Of a stretch of DNA of 32,000 nucleotides, positions 17,548 to 27,388 are shown piece after piece. The first letter of the stretch is position 1, and each line of letters starts with the position of its first letter. The translations under genes and the position numbers were made by a program. Origin of the DNA: Pseudoalteromonas tetraodonis (lineage in GTDB: Bacteria; Pseudomonadota; Gammaproteobacteria; Enterobacterales; Alteromonadaceae); the NCBI RefSeq assembly GCF_002310835.1, contig NZ_CP011041.1, forward strand, positions 2,250,001 through 2,282,000, read 5' to 3'. Under the pieces are notes generated by a model, which was given only the letters and a program-made list of their open reading frames with translations, did no database searches and was not told the DNA's origin.

Positions 17548-18807
17548 ATGAAAAAACAGTTACTCTCAGGCCTTGTTTTCACCTCTGCGTTAAGCACATT
17601 TAATGTATTTGCAACGAATGGCTATTTTACCCATGGCTACGGTATGACTCACAAAGGCATGGCAGGTGCTGGTGTAGCGTTATCAGAAGAATTAATGTCG
17701 GGTGCAAATAACCCGGCTACTTTTTCAGCTAATGGCACGCAAATGTCGGTAGGTATAGAATTATTTGCTCCTGAGCGTAACTACACCGCTGCAAAGGTCG
17801 ATGAATACTTTCCCAATGCACTGTATTTGGACGCAACCACCAAAAAAAGTGATAACAGCTTATTTGCAATTCCCGAATTTGCTATTGGCCATCAACTAAA
17901 TGAGCGCATTAATATTGGCCTATTAGTTTACGGTAACGGCGGAATGAACACAGAATATGTGGCTGATTCTGCCCCTCAAGGCACATTTTATGGCGGCACC
18001 ACTGGTGTTGACTTAAAACAGTTATTTGTCAGCCCAACCATGAGCTATCAATTAAATGAACAAATACGCCTAGGTGTATCTGCTATTTATGTAGTGCAAC
18101 AATTTGAAGCACAAGGTTTGGCAAATTTTGCCGCCTTTTCGCAAAAGCCAGAGGCGCTGTCTAATAATGGCGTTGATACCAGCACAGGCATTGGAATGCA
18201 ACTTGGGATCAGCCACATTATTAACTCGTCATTTAGCTGGGGCGCCAGTTACCGTTCATCAGTGTCTATGGATGAATTTGACCGTTACAGCGGCCTGTTT
18301 GCAGAGCAAGGCGGGTTTGATTTACCAAGCTCTATTCAGCTCGGTACCGCTTGGCAGTTTTTACCATCGCACCAAGTGGTGTTTGATTGGCAAAAAATAA
18401 ATTACAGTGAAGTAAAAAGTATCGCCAACCCTATTACTAATTTAATGTCAGCGCCACTAGGGGCTGAAGCCGGAGCAGGCTTTCGTTGGCACGATATGAG
18501 TATTTATAAACTGGGTTATCAATGGCAACGCACTGAGCAACAAAAAATTAGGTTTGGTGCTTCTTATACCGAGCAACCCATTCCATCATCTGACATTTTA
18601 TTTAATATTTTAGCGCCCGGTGTACAAGAATGGCATTTTACAGCAGGCATTAGTCATGCACTTAGTGACGCGGTGCAATTTAACGCAATGGCTTTTTATT
18701 CACCTTCTAAAAATGTAGCAGGTGCAAACTATTTAGCGCCTAATCAACAACTATCAATTTCAATGGAACAATCAGGATTGGGTGTATCCCTTGCTTGGAG
18801 GATTTAA
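17548..18807 (+). CDS. FadL/TodX (OMPP1) family outer membrane transport protein
   Basis: 419 aa. It has a signal peptide (..FNVFA|TNG) and the family-typical N-terminus GYFTHGYGMTHKGMAGAGVA. The remainder has a beta-barrel-like alternating pattern. Confidence 0.8.
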   Translation: MKKQLLSGLVFTSALSTFNVFATNGYFTHGYGMTHKGMAGAGVALSEELMSGANNPATFSANGTQMSVGIELFAPERNYTAAKVDEYFPNALYLDATTKKSDNSLFAIPEFAIGHQLNERINIGLLVYGNGGMNTEYVADSAPQGTFYGGTTGVDLKQLFVSPTMSYQLNEQIRLGVSAIYVVQQFEAQGLANFAAFSQKPEALSNNGVDTSTGIGMQLGISHIINSSFSWGASYRSSVSMDEFDRYSGLFAEQGGFDLPSSIQLGTAWQFLPSHQVVFDWQKINYSEVKSIANPITNLMSAPLGAEAGAGFRWHDMSIYKLGYQWQRTEQQKIRFGASYTEQPIPSSDILFNILAPGVQEWHFTAGISHALSDAVQFNAMAFYSPSKNVAGANYLAPNQQLSISMEQSGLGVSLAWRI

Positions 18808-18810
18808 ACG

Positions 18811-19224
18811 ATGACAACCGAATTCACACCACTATCTGGGGCTATTGGCGGTGGTTTAATTGGTCTAGCCTGCGCGTTATTACTGGTTTTATTTGGTAAA
18901 GTGGCGGGAATTTCAGGGCTTATAAAATCAATTTTTAATCCACTGGCAGCAGCTTCTCGTTGGAAACTTTGTTTTATGATGGGGTTATTACTAGCAGGTG
19001 TATTTATTCAATTATTTGCCCCTGAGCTGTTAGTAGGTGAATTAAGCTTATCCCCTTGGATGATTATTATTGCAGGGCTTTTGGTCGGTGCGGGAACCAC
19101 GTTAGCGAATGGCTGCACCAGTGGTCACGGCGTGTGTGGTATGTCGCGCTTTTCGGCTCGTTCATGGGTATCAACCTGTACGTTTATGGCAATCGCCATT
19201 ATCACCGCTAATTTAGTAGGGTAA
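18811..19224 (+). CDS. YeeE/YedE family half-size membrane protein (sulfur-compound transport component)
   Basis: 137 aa with about 4 TM segments and a conserved Cys motif (NGCTSGHGVCG). A GGAGGA RBS precedes it. It starts 3 nt after the FadL-like stop. Confidence 0.75.
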   Translation: MTTEFTPLSGAIGGGLIGLACALLLVLFGKVAGISGLIKSIFNPLAAASRWKLCFMMGLLLAGVFIQLFAPELLVGELSLSPWMIIIAGLLVGAGTTLANGCTSGHGVCGMSRFSARSWVSTCTFMAIAIITANLVG

Positions 19225-19227
19225 ATC

Positions 19228-19629
19228 ATGCACGCAATTATTACGCTTATTTTAGGGTTTGTATTTGGTTTGGGACTAATTATTAGTGGCATGACCAACC
19301 CAGATAAAGTGCTTAACTTTCTCACTTTTAATCAGCAATGGGACGGTAGCTTAATTATTGTTATGGCTGTTGCAATGACCATTATGATGGGCGCATGGTT
19401 TTGGCTCACTAAAAAAGGCACGCCGGTGTTTACCGACAAACTAAGCCTTAGCGATTTAAAAAAGGTCGATACGCGGTTAATTACTGGCTCTATTTTATTT
19501 GGTTTAGGTTGGGGCTTAAGCGGCGTGTGCCCGGGCCCCGGGCTTGTACAACTGGTATCACTTAAAACAGAGTTTTGGTTATTTTTTGCTTCCGTACTTG
19601 GCGGTATGTGGCTGACCAAAAAAGTATAA
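19228..19629 (+). CDS. YeeE/YedE family half-size membrane protein (second half)
   Basis: 133 aa with about 4 TM segments and the motif GLSGVCPGPG. It starts 3 nt after the previous stop. Confidence 0.75.
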   Translation: MHAIITLILGFVFGLGLIISGMTNPDKVLNFLTFNQQWDGSLIIVMAVAMTIMMGAWFWLTKKGTPVFTDKLSLSDLKKVDTRLITGSILFGLGWGLSGVCPGPGLVQLVSLKTEFWLFFASVLGGMWLTKKV

Positions 19630-19637
19630 TATGAATT

Positions 19638-19654
19638 GCCGAGCACGCCTCGGC
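19638..19654. terminator. GC hairpin between convergent genes (possible bidirectional terminator)
   Basis: gccgag-cacgc-ctcggc forms a 6-bp perfect stem. There is no clear U-tract on either side. Confidence 0.35.
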
Positions 19655-19703
19655 CACTTAGCATGCTAACCGTGATCTATGCTGTGTGCTCTTCAGCTGC
19701 TGC

Positions 19704-22460
19704 TCAACTGAGTATATTACCAATCACTGTATATAAATCATCGCTATTAAAGGGTTTGGCTATAAAGTCATCCATACCAACAATTAAACAGCGCTGCTTA
19801 TCTTCTTCATAAGCATTTGCAGTGATCGCCACTATAGGTACTCGTAAGCCGGTTTTAATTTCAGTGGTTCTAATCGCGCGAGTGCATTCATAGCCATCTA
19901 TGTTCGGCATTTGGCAATCCATTAAAATCAAATCAAACGACTGACTCTTCAATACTTCAAGCGCCTTTAAGCCATCTTCAGCCATTGTTAAACTCACTTT
20001 AGTAGGCTCAAGCATTTTTGCAATCACCTGTCGGTTAATCGCATTATCCTCTACCAACAGTATGCGTTTATCCAAAAGATTTGGCTGCGAAGCTGTTTTT
20101 TTAGGTAACTTTGAAGGAACGTCTGCTGATTCTGGCGCACTAATACTAAAGGTGAACGTACTACCTTTACCCTCTTCACTGTGTAAATGAATTTCACCGT
20201 CCATCATTCTTATTAGCTTTTGAGAAATAGCCAGCCCCAGCCCTGTTCCGCCATACTTACGTGCAACGCCCACATCAGCTTGAGTAAACTCACTAAATAA
20301 TAATGATTGCTGTGTCTTTGCAATACCAATACCGCTATCTTCAACGCTAACCTGAAGTTTATTATCGCTATAATCGAACGATAACCGCACAAAGCCTTGC
20401 TCTGTAAATTTATACGCATTAGAGAGTAAATTAATAATCACCTGATTTAAGCGTAATTCATCAACACTAATGTACAGTGGTAAATTTGTGGTTTGAATTA
20501 TGCTAAATTCTACTTCTTTAGTACTAACAATCGGCGTAAATAAAGAGCGTATATTTTCGATAAATGGAGCTAGCTGCGTGGGTCTACTATTTAGCTCCAT
20601 GGCATTTGCTTCAATTTTAGAAAAATCTAAAATATCGTTAAGAATATTAAGCAAATTTTTTGCGCTTTTTTGCTGCGTGAGCAACAACTCTTTTTGTTCA
20701 TTACTTAAAGACTGATCTCGAAGCAAAACCTCTCCCATACCTAATATTCCATTCATAGGTGTGCGAAGTTCGTGACTCATATTAGCTAAAAATTGTGACT
20801 TAGCGATATTTGCTTCATTAGCGAGTTTAACGGCTTGTGTTAGCTCAGTTGTTTGTTCTGCTACTTTATCTGCTAGTTGCTGATTAAATTGACTAAGTTG
20901 TTTATTAAGGTCTTCATTTTTTACATTAGAGGCTTGCAAACTTTTGATTGAATGCTGAAGTGCATTGCCCAGCATTTCAAATTGTTGCTGTAATTGCAGT
21001 ACTTCATACCAACTAGAATCGGTATTAAATACGTGTTTTTTAGTTTTACTAAAGCTGTTGATTAAATTAGTTAACTCTATGATGGGTTTAACCAGCAAAT
21101 GGGTGAATTTATAAATAAATAATACCACCAGTGCAATGGAAAATAGCCCCAGCAACATAGTGGGCAACCAAGCAGCCACTACCACCAAGCTTAAATATTT
21201 ACGATTGTAAAGCGATATAACCTGCCAACCTGTGGTGTCGTCAACATACTGATTTGTATGATACACCTCGTTATCATTAGAACGAAAAAGCTGATTACCA
21301 CTTAAACGTTGGATACTAAGATCCTGCTGTTTAAAATCAGTCAGCACCGTAAACTGACTTAACGAGCTAAATACCACTTTTTTATCGGCATCAAGAATAA
21401 GTAAATCCCCTTTATACTCAAATAAATTGGGAATAAACCGCTCTAACTGATCTAGCTTGAGCGACCCCTCAACTACACCATAAAACTCATCATTTTTATA
21501 AATGGGAGCCGAAAGCGCAACAATAGGTTGATCGCCTAATCCTCTGCCTTGAAAAACGCCACTGCTGTAGCCTAAGGGGAACTGCTGAGCCTCAGCGAAA
21601 TAGGGACGATCATTAACATAACGCTGACTCTGACTTAAACCACTGAGCAATTCACTGGGTATACTTTTCTCAACATAACCTTCGGAGCTCGCATACAGAC
21701 TAGTTGCAAAACCAGGGTATAAAGCCATTAGCCGCTCAAGCTGCTGCTGTATTGGTACTCCGGCACTCATTGCATCACTGGTTATTACCATTGCATTTTT
21801 ATGAAACAACAAATAGTCACTAAGCTGGGCACTGATCGAGCGTGATTTTTCTTTAAGTTGCGTATTTACTTCGTATTCTAAGCGCGAGTAATGCTGATTA
21901 ACCAAAAAGACACTGGTGATCAAAACCACCAAAACAATAATGATACTGACAACATAACTTAATATACGGGCCAGAGGCTGCCCTTGATAAGCCCGGCTTG
22001 CGTGGGGAACAAACACACTCACTAAGTCGACCAAAGCTAACGCTATCATGGCATTGATAAAGTATTTTGAGGCAGCCACAACAAGCGTGAGCCAAGGCAG
22101 GCCTATAACAAAGTGACCCAAAGCCCACACCAGTGGTAAGCCGACTAAAAACCAAAACACTGCGCCTAAAGGAAGTATTGGCTTAGAACGCTTTAAGCAA
22201 AAGGTATAAAGCCAAAACAGCTCAAGCACATAAACAATACTGGTCCAGCTATGCCCCCAGCGATAAAATAAAAAACCAGTGACAATAGTTAAACTAAGGA
22301 GGGAATAACGAAGCCCAGCAAACACTAAACTGAGTATTACAAACGTCTGACCAAATAAAAATTCAGAGCTATCAAAAAAATACAGAGGTAAAAGGTTAGC
22401 GCATCCCCCCAAAAGCCCTAATAATATAGCAAGCGCCCACTTATTCCTCTGAGACGTCAT
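19704..22460 (-). CDS. Hybrid sensor histidine kinase/response regulator with a multi-TM N-terminal domain and a Cache-like periplasmic domain
   Basis: It has an H-box ([13 protein letters not shown]), HATPase N/G boxes ([25 protein letters not shown]) and a receiver domain ([37 protein letters not shown]). The N-terminal roughly 190 aa has about 6 TM helices, followed by an extracytoplasmic segment and another TM. I trimmed the start to ATG 22460, which has an AAGGG RBS. The track start is GTG 22487. Confidence 0.9.
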   Translation of the reverse strand: MTSQRNKWALAILLGLLGGCANLLPLYFFDSSEFLFGQTFVILSLVFAGLRYSLLSLTIVTGFLFYRWGHSWTSIVYVLELFWLYTFCLKRSKPILPLGAVFWFLVGLPLVWALGHFVIGLPWLTLVVAASKYFINAMIALALVDLVSVFVPHASRAYQGQPLARILSYVVSIIIVLVVLITSVFLVNQHYSRLEYEVNTQLKEKSRSISAQLSDYLLFHKNAMVITSDAMSAGVPIQQQLERLMALYPGFATSLYASSEGYVEKSIPSELLSGLSQSQRYVNDRPYFAEAQQFPLGYSSGVFQGRGLGDQPIVALSAPIYKNDEFYGVVEGSLKLDQLERFIPNLFEYKGDLLILDADKKVVFSSLSQFTVLTDFKQQDLSIQRLSGNQLFRSNDNEVYHTNQYVDDTTGWQVISLYNRKYLSLVVVAAWLPTMLLGLFSIALVVLFIYKFTHLLVKPIIELTNLINSFSKTKKHVFNTDSSWYEVLQLQQQFEMLGNALQHSIKSLQASNVKNEDLNKQLSQFNQQLADKVAEQTTELTQAVKLANEANIAKSQFLANMSHELRTPMNGILGMGEVLLRDQSLSNEQKELLLTQQKSAKNLLNILNDILDFSKIEANAMELNSRPTQLAPFIENIRSLFTPIVSTKEVEFSIIQTTNLPLYISVDELRLNQVIINLLSNAYKFTEQGFVRLSFDYSDNKLQVSVEDSGIGIAKTQQSLLFSEFTQADVGVARKYGGTGLGLAISQKLIRMMDGEIHLHSEEGKGSTFTFSISAPESADVPSKLPKKTASQPNLLDKRILLVEDNAINRQVIAKMLEPTKVSLTMAEDGLKALEVLKSQSFDLILMDCQMPNIDGYECTRAIRTTEIKTGLRVPIVAITANAYEEDKQRCLIVGMDDFIAKPFNSDDLYTVIGNILS

Positions 22461-22635
22461 ATTGACCCTTAATAGCTTATTAAACACCTGCGGCGTAAAG
22501 TATAATCATGAGTTTTAATTATTGCTCACTCATTAGCTATTGTCTATAAAGGTAAAAATTTAGCTAAGTGGGTATGATCTAGAATTAGTGTACGAATAAT
22601 ATAAATAAGAAATATTGAAAAATGGAATTTTAATA

Positions 22636-22658
22636 CACCCAAATGAGGAATTTGGGTG
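22636..22658 (-). terminator. Hairpin at the 3' end of ffs
   Basis: The minus strand reads CACCCAAAT-TCCTC-ATTTGGGTG, followed by TATTAAAATTCCATTTTT. The stem includes the terminal CACCC of the RNA. Confidence 0.5.
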
Positions 22659-22767
22659 GCAGTCTTACCAGCCACATCTCGGCACACACGTCACAAACTG
22701 TGGCTGCTCCCTTCCGGGCCTGACCAGGTTCGCCTGCTAGTGTTGCGAGAGGACCAATAAGACTACC
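22654..22767 (-). ncRNA. ffs: Signal recognition particle 4.5S RNA
   Basis: The 114-nt minus strand reads GGTAGTCTTATTGGTCCTCTCGCAAC...CCTGGTCAGGCCCGGAAGGGAGCAGCCACAG...GTGTGCCGAGATGTGGCTGGTAAGACTGCCACCC. It aligns almost base for base with E. coli 4.5S RNA, including the domain IV core GGUCAGGxCCGGAAGGxAGCAGCC with its GGAA tetraloop. The 5' and 3' ends pair (GGTAGTCTTA with TAAGACTGCC) and leave an ACCC tail. The local GC rise is not explained by coding. Confidence 0.93.
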
Positions 22768-22795
22768 ATTGAGGGCCTTGGTTGGCGCAATTGAG

Positions 22796-22824
22796 ATTAT
22801 CTCTACTTTTACTCTGTTATTCAA
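22796..22824 (-). promoter_or_regulatory. Sigma70-like promoter for ffs
   Basis: The minus strand carries TTGAAT (22824-22819) -17 nt- GATAAT (22801-22796). The predicted transcription start is about 20-25 nt upstream of the mature 5' end. That is consistent with an RNase P-processed leader, as in E. coli. Confidence 0.5.
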
Positions 22825-22898
22825 GGGATAATCAAAAAAGAAAGTGCGATTGCACACTTCATATACAATCGCAGGGTATTTAGTTATTAAAGCGGTTA

Positions 22899-23777
22899 TT
22901 AATTACTCTCTAACTGCGCTTTTATATTACGTAGCGCTGCTTTTACCTTTTTCATGTTCTCTGGGCCCATGCGTAAAAGTTGTTTTTGTGCAGCGGGTAA
23001 TTGCTCCCACTCAGAAAACGCATACTGATAAGTAACCGAGTCACGCAATAAAGGTAAGCTGCCTTTTGGCTCTGGAGTATCAAGTAGCAAGTCAATGGCA
23101 TCTTCAAGTGTTTGTGTAAACTCATCATCGCCATAGCCAATTTCAGTGTATGCACTGTTGATTAGCGGTTTATATTCTTCATATAAACGAACAGCTTGTG
23201 CGGCACTCATACTTGTTAGTACTTTTACATATGGGGTGTAGCGTTCATAGCTATTAGGATCAATGGTTAAAATATCGCCTTCGTTTACGCTAAAACCTTC
23301 TTCTAACTTTACAACTGGGGTATGTTTCTTAGCTACCTTACCTTTTGCTAAGTTATCGATAAACACCACACCACGACGAATAACATCATCGTTTAACACT
23401 AGGCTCATTGCCGCATCGCCTAAGTATTCATCTAATTTTGCAACCACGACAGGATCACTGTCATTTAATGTTGGTAAAGGCACAACCTCAGACTCTGGCT
23501 CAACGTCTGGGCGCTGTGTTGGCACTGCTAACTCTTCAGGTTTTTCTGGCTTAACCGATGGTGCACCGACCACTGGGTCGTTTTCAGGTTTTAGCTCCAT
23601 AACGGGTTGCTCTTTTATGGGTTCTTCAACCTGCATAACTGTTTCTGGGGCTTCGCTTGGTTTTAATAATACAAACGCGGCGGCAATAATAATGATTAAT
23701 AAAATAACCCCTGCGAAGATAAGGTTGTTATTCGGTGGACGTTTTTGAACATCTGATTCTGATGGTTTATCTGACAT
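22899..23777 (-). CDS. DUF3014-like membrane-anchored protein (function unknown)
   Basis: 292 aa. It has an N-terminal TM anchor (LIFAGVILLIIIIAAAFVLL), a Pro/Glu-rich linker and a conserved C-terminal domain (..VIRRGVVFIDNLAKGKVAKKHTPV..SYERYTPYV..AIDLLLDTPEP). A GGAG RBS lies 5 nt before the ATG. The family assignment is from memory of the motif pattern. Confidence 0.55.
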   Translation of the reverse strand: MSDKPSESDVQKRPPNNNLIFAGVILLIIIIAAAFVLLKPSEAPETVMQVEEPIKEQPVMELKPENDPVVGAPSVKPEKPEELAVPTQRPDVEPESEVVPLPTLNDSDPVVVAKLDEYLGDAAMSLVLNDDVIRRGVVFIDNLAKGKVAKKHTPVVKLEEGFSVNEGDILTIDPNSYERYTPYVKVLTSMSAAQAVRLYEEYKPLINSAYTEIGYGDDEFTQTLEDAIDLLLDTPEPKGSLPLLRDSVTYQYAFSEWEQLPAAQKQLLRMGPENMKKVKAALRNIKAQLESN

Positions 23778-23808
23778 ACGAACTCCATAAATATAAAAAT
23801 GCGATACC

Positions 23809-23826
23809 GTTTAGAGTACTCTAAAC
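23809..23826. repeat. 18-bp perfect palindrome in the DUF3014/patatin divergent intergenic region
   Basis: gtttagagt|actctaaac, read directly. It lies 32 bp upstream of the DUF3014-like ATG (23777). Confidence 0.6.
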
Positions 23827-24123
23827 AGATTTAATTCCTAACTTACACTAATATTCATTAATAAGTAGGGTCTGTTGACCTTTCCGGATTAAAATTTGTT
23901 CAGCCCCCTTGGGTAGAGGATGTTTAATTTTTAAGCTACGTTATCACCTATTTTTGGGAAGTAACCACAATACATAGGCTCAGCCTTGCCTAAAAAACAA
24001 ACACACTACTAAAAATTCAACCTCGAAAGATAAATAGACTCTAACATATCCTTTGATTCTTCTAGCTTAAAGACTTACAGTAAATAAATAAAGTAAAGAC
24101 AGCGAACAGTTTAAATACCTAAC

Positions 24124-25269
24124 ATGAAAATTAAGCAAGTCGATCCTAGTAAACCTAAAATTGCCTTATTACTAACAGGTGGTGGTGCCCGAGCGGCTTA
24201 TCAAGTGGGTGTTTTGAAAGCGTTGGCGCAAAGTATGCCCAGAACCGCCCCGCTCCCCTTTAGAGTGATAAATGGCACCTCTGCCGGTGCAATTAATTCT
24301 GCGGCCTTAGCATGTTACGCCTCATGTATGCATTTAGCGGTAAGAAAACTAGAAACAGTTTGGAAAAACTTTTCAACTTCGATGGTATATAAAAGCGACT
24401 TTTTAAGTGTGTTTGGTCATATTACCCGTAATATTTTAACCAGTTTCCAGTCAGAGCATATAAACCATCCACCAGCAAGCTTGTTAAATAACCGACCACT
24501 TAGAAAACTGTTAAACGATATACTGGATTTACATCGTATTGAGCGTAATTTACACCGTGACTATTTAGAGGCGCTGTCTATCACTGCATCCAGTTATACT
24601 ACTGGCGATTCTGTTGCTTTTTTTCAGTCAAATACGCAGCATTCTTGGCAACGAGCCAAGCGCGAAGGACGCGCTACTCGTATCAATGTTGAACACCTAA
24701 TGGCCTCAAGTGCCATTCCTATGGTGTTTCCAAGTGTGAATATTTATAACCATTACTTTGGCGATGGCTCAATACATCAGCTTTCACCTTTAAGCCCCTC
24801 TATTCACTTAGGGGCAAATAAAATATTTATTATTGGGGTTGATCAACCCAAAGAGCCACATCCTCCAGGGTACTCTGCACATTTCCCAGGGCTTTCGGCC
24901 GTGGCAGGGCATTTACTCGACAGTGTATTTACCGACACTATGCAATCTGATTTAGAGCGCTTGGACAGAATAAACCGCACACTCGGTTTACTGCCCAATA
25001 AGCATAAGCATCAAGAATTGAAACAAATAGATAGCTTTATTATTAATCCATCGCAAAACTTCAATGCCATTGCCGCGCAGTATTACGATGATATGCCTTG
25101 GGCGATAAAAGTTTTATTACGTATGATCGGGGTAAAAAAGCGCTCTCAGTCGAGTTTGACCAGCTATTTGTTATTTGAAAAACGCTACACCCAGCATTTA
25201 ATTCAAATCGGATACGACGATGGTATGAAACAACTCCCTGAAATCAGAAAGTTCTTAGAGCTAGAGTAA
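24124..25269 (+). CDS. Patatin-like phospholipase family protein
   Basis: 381 aa. It has an oxyanion Gly-rich motif (LTGGGARAAYQVGVL), a GxSxG nucleophile (NGTSAGAIN) and a catalytic Asp motif (FGDGS). Confidence 0.85.
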   Translation: MKIKQVDPSKPKIALLLTGGGARAAYQVGVLKALAQSMPRTAPLPFRVINGTSAGAINSAALACYASCMHLAVRKLETVWKNFSTSMVYKSDFLSVFGHITRNILTSFQSEHINHPPASLLNNRPLRKLLNDILDLHRIERNLHRDYLEALSITASSYTTGDSVAFFQSNTQHSWQRAKREGRATRINVEHLMASSAIPMVFPSVNIYNHYFGDGSIHQLSPLSPSIHLGANKIFIIGVDQPKEPHPPGYSAHFPGLSAVAGHLLDSVFTDTMQSDLERLDRINRTLGLLPNKHKHQELKQIDSFIINPSQNFNAIAAQYYDDMPWAIKVLLRMIGVKKRSQSSLTSYLLFEKRYTQHLIQIGYDDGMKQLPEIRKFLELE

Positions 25270-25287
25270 GTTTTTTTGCTTGATGGG

Positions 25288-27279
25288 CTACTCTATACCA
25301 TCAAGTAAATAATGCTCAACACGTTCTACACGCCGTGGTTTACCTTGCAGCACTAGAATATCATTAGCATACAATATTGTGTGTTCTTGTGGTGTGTCTA
25401 TTTCTTCGCCCTCGCGGCGAAGCGCCTTAATTAGCACTTTTCTTTTTGCTAAATTGAGTTCGCTAATTGCTTTATTAACCGCAAATGCTTTATCTGGTAA
25501 GGCTATTACATGTAAATACTCTAAACGCTCTGGCAAGTTGGTATCGCTGTCAATATTTTCGCCGGCAAAAAAGCTTTGCAATAATTTATAACGGTTTCGT
25601 CGCTCACTACTAACACGGCGAATAATACGGCTCATTGGCACACCAGACATTGACAAAGCATGCGACACCAACATTAAGCTTGCTTCAAGCGCCTCAGGCA
25701 CAACCTCAGTAACCCCTAGCGCTTTTAAGCGCTCTAACTGACTATCATCACGGGTTCTTATGAGTATTTTAACCTTAGGTGCAACCTGTTTAATGGCATT
25801 AATGACTATTTGAGTTTGTTGAAATTCGGTAAAAGTAATAATGACTAGTCGCGCTCGCTCTACCCCCGCACACTTTAAAATATCTTTTTGCTCAACATGA
25901 CCAAATATTAAAGGCTCGCCCGCCGCTTTTCCTTCTTGTACTAAAATGGGGTCGCTCTCTATTGCCACATAATCAATTGCCTCTGGGGATAAAAAGCGGG
26001 CAATAGTTTGTCCTACTCGAGAAAAACCGCATATCACCACATGGTTATGATAAAGAGTGCTACTTTGAAGCTCGTCTTCAAAGGCAAACTTTGCGCGCTC
26101 TAACATGCCTAGTCGTTTCAAAATAAAAGGGGTTTTATCAATTAAATAGGGCGTAAGCGCCATAGAAATTACGCCCATGGCAATTAAAAATGATACTTGC
26201 TCAACGCTCAGCAAGTTATGCTGTGCAGCGAGTGCAATTAACACAAAGCCAAACTCACCCATTTGCCACAACATTATAGCGCACGCTAACGCATCTTGTT
26301 TTCGCTCTCCCATAAATAAAGAAGATAACATCACTACGGCAATTTTTAAGATTAAGATGCCCATCAAGGCAACAATAATAATACCCGCATGATCAACAAC
26401 AAAACCAATGTCTAACTGCATCCCCACGGTTACAAAAAATAACCCCATGAGAATATCGCGAAACGGGCGAATATCGGCCTCTAATTGATGACGATAGTGG
26501 CTCTCCCCTAGCATCATGCCTGCTAAAAAAGCCCCTAATGCCATCGATAAACCAAAAGAGTATGTGAGTAACCCTGCAAACAAAGACACCAATAACGTGG
26601 TTAATACAAACAGCTCATCGCTTCGTGCTAGTGCCACTTCTTTAAACACCTTGGGCAAAACCCACTTGCCAATAGCCCATAGCAATACACACACAAACGC
26701 GCCTTTAGTCAGCGCAAACAGTAATGCCCAACCAATACTATTGGGATCACTGCTGGCAAATAATGGCAAAATAATGAGTAACGGCACAACCGCAATGTCT
26801 TGAAATAGTAAAACACCGATTGCCAATTGCCCTCGGCGTTTATTTAAATCACCACTCTCTTTTAATAATTTAGCAACCACCGCCGTAGAGGAGAGCATAA
26901 TAATAATGCCGATGGTAAAACTAGTTAATAAACTAAAATTTAATAAATAAAGGATTAAAATAAGCAAGATACTGCTGACTATGACTTGCAATGAGCCTAA
27001 GCCAAATACGATATTTCGCATTGCCATTAAGCGCGATACAGAAAACTCCAGCCCTAAACTAAATAACAAAAACACAATACCCAGCTCAGCAATAAAGTCC
27101 ATTTCATGGCTTTGTGCCATCCAACCAACGCCATGGCCACCAGCTAGTAAACCTACCGCTAAATAAGCTAATACAGGGGGAAGCCCTATTCGCTTAAATA
27201 GCCATACAAATAGAACCGCAGCAACTAAAAGTCCAAAAACCTGAGCATTAATATTTTGCAATGCAATCCTTATAAGCAA
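25288..27279 (-). CDS. CPA2 family monovalent cation:proton antiporter with C-terminal RCK (TrkA-N plus TrkA-C) domains
   Basis: 663 aa. It has a roughly 12-13 TM Na+/H+-exchanger-type domain, a Rossmann motif (VVICGFSRVGQ) and a TrkA-C-like C-terminus. The only available start codons are TTG (27279 or 27261), so the start is uncertain. Confidence 0.85.
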   Translation of the reverse strand: MLIRIALQNINAQVFGLLVAAVLFVWLFKRIGLPPVLAYLAVGLLAGGHGVGWMAQSHEMDFIAELGIVFLLFSLGLEFSVSRLMAMRNIVFGLGSLQVIVSSILLILILYLLNFSLLTSFTIGIIIMLSSTAVVAKLLKESGDLNKRRGQLAIGVLLFQDIAVVPLLIILPLFASSDPNSIGWALLFALTKGAFVCVLLWAIGKWVLPKVFKEVALARSDELFVLTTLLVSLFAGLLTYSFGLSMALGAFLAGMMLGESHYRHQLEADIRPFRDILMGLFFVTVGMQLDIGFVVDHAGIIIVALMGILILKIAVVMLSSLFMGERKQDALACAIMLWQMGEFGFVLIALAAQHNLLSVEQVSFLIAMGVISMALTPYLIDKTPFILKRLGMLERAKFAFEDELQSSTLYHNHVVICGFSRVGQTIARFLSPEAIDYVAIESDPILVQEGKAAGEPLIFGHVEQKDILKCAGVERARLVIITFTEFQQTQIVINAIKQVAPKVKILIRTRDDSQLERLKALGVTEVVPEALEASLMLVSHALSMSGVPMSRIIRRVSSERRNRYKLLQSFFAGENIDSDTNLPERLEYLHVIALPDKAFAVNKAISELNLAKRKVLIKALRREGEEIDTPQEHTILYANDILVLQGKPRRVERVEHYLLDGIE

Positions 27280-27388
27280 TCAATGGAATGTAACTTAACT
27301 ATAGCAACCGTATAAGTTTCAGCCAGAATGTAAATATGGCATATAACCTGCTTAGTTATAAAAAGTAATACTATAGGGGGAAGAAATA

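Noticed and set aside
19125-19664. Minus-strand ORFs 19125-19325 and 19332-19664
   Set aside because: They are antisense shadows of the two YeeE/YedE genes and have no independent support.
22630-22857. 75-aa minus-strand ORF
   Set aside because: It overlaps the 4.5S SRP RNA gene (22654-22767) and its promoter. RNA structure conservation explains the sequence, and there is no RBS.
23263-23748. 161-aa plus-strand ORF
   Set aside because: It is antisense to the DUF3014-like gene and lies entirely within it. Its Ser/Thr/Gly-rich low-complexity product mirrors the Pro/Glu-rich linker on the other strand.
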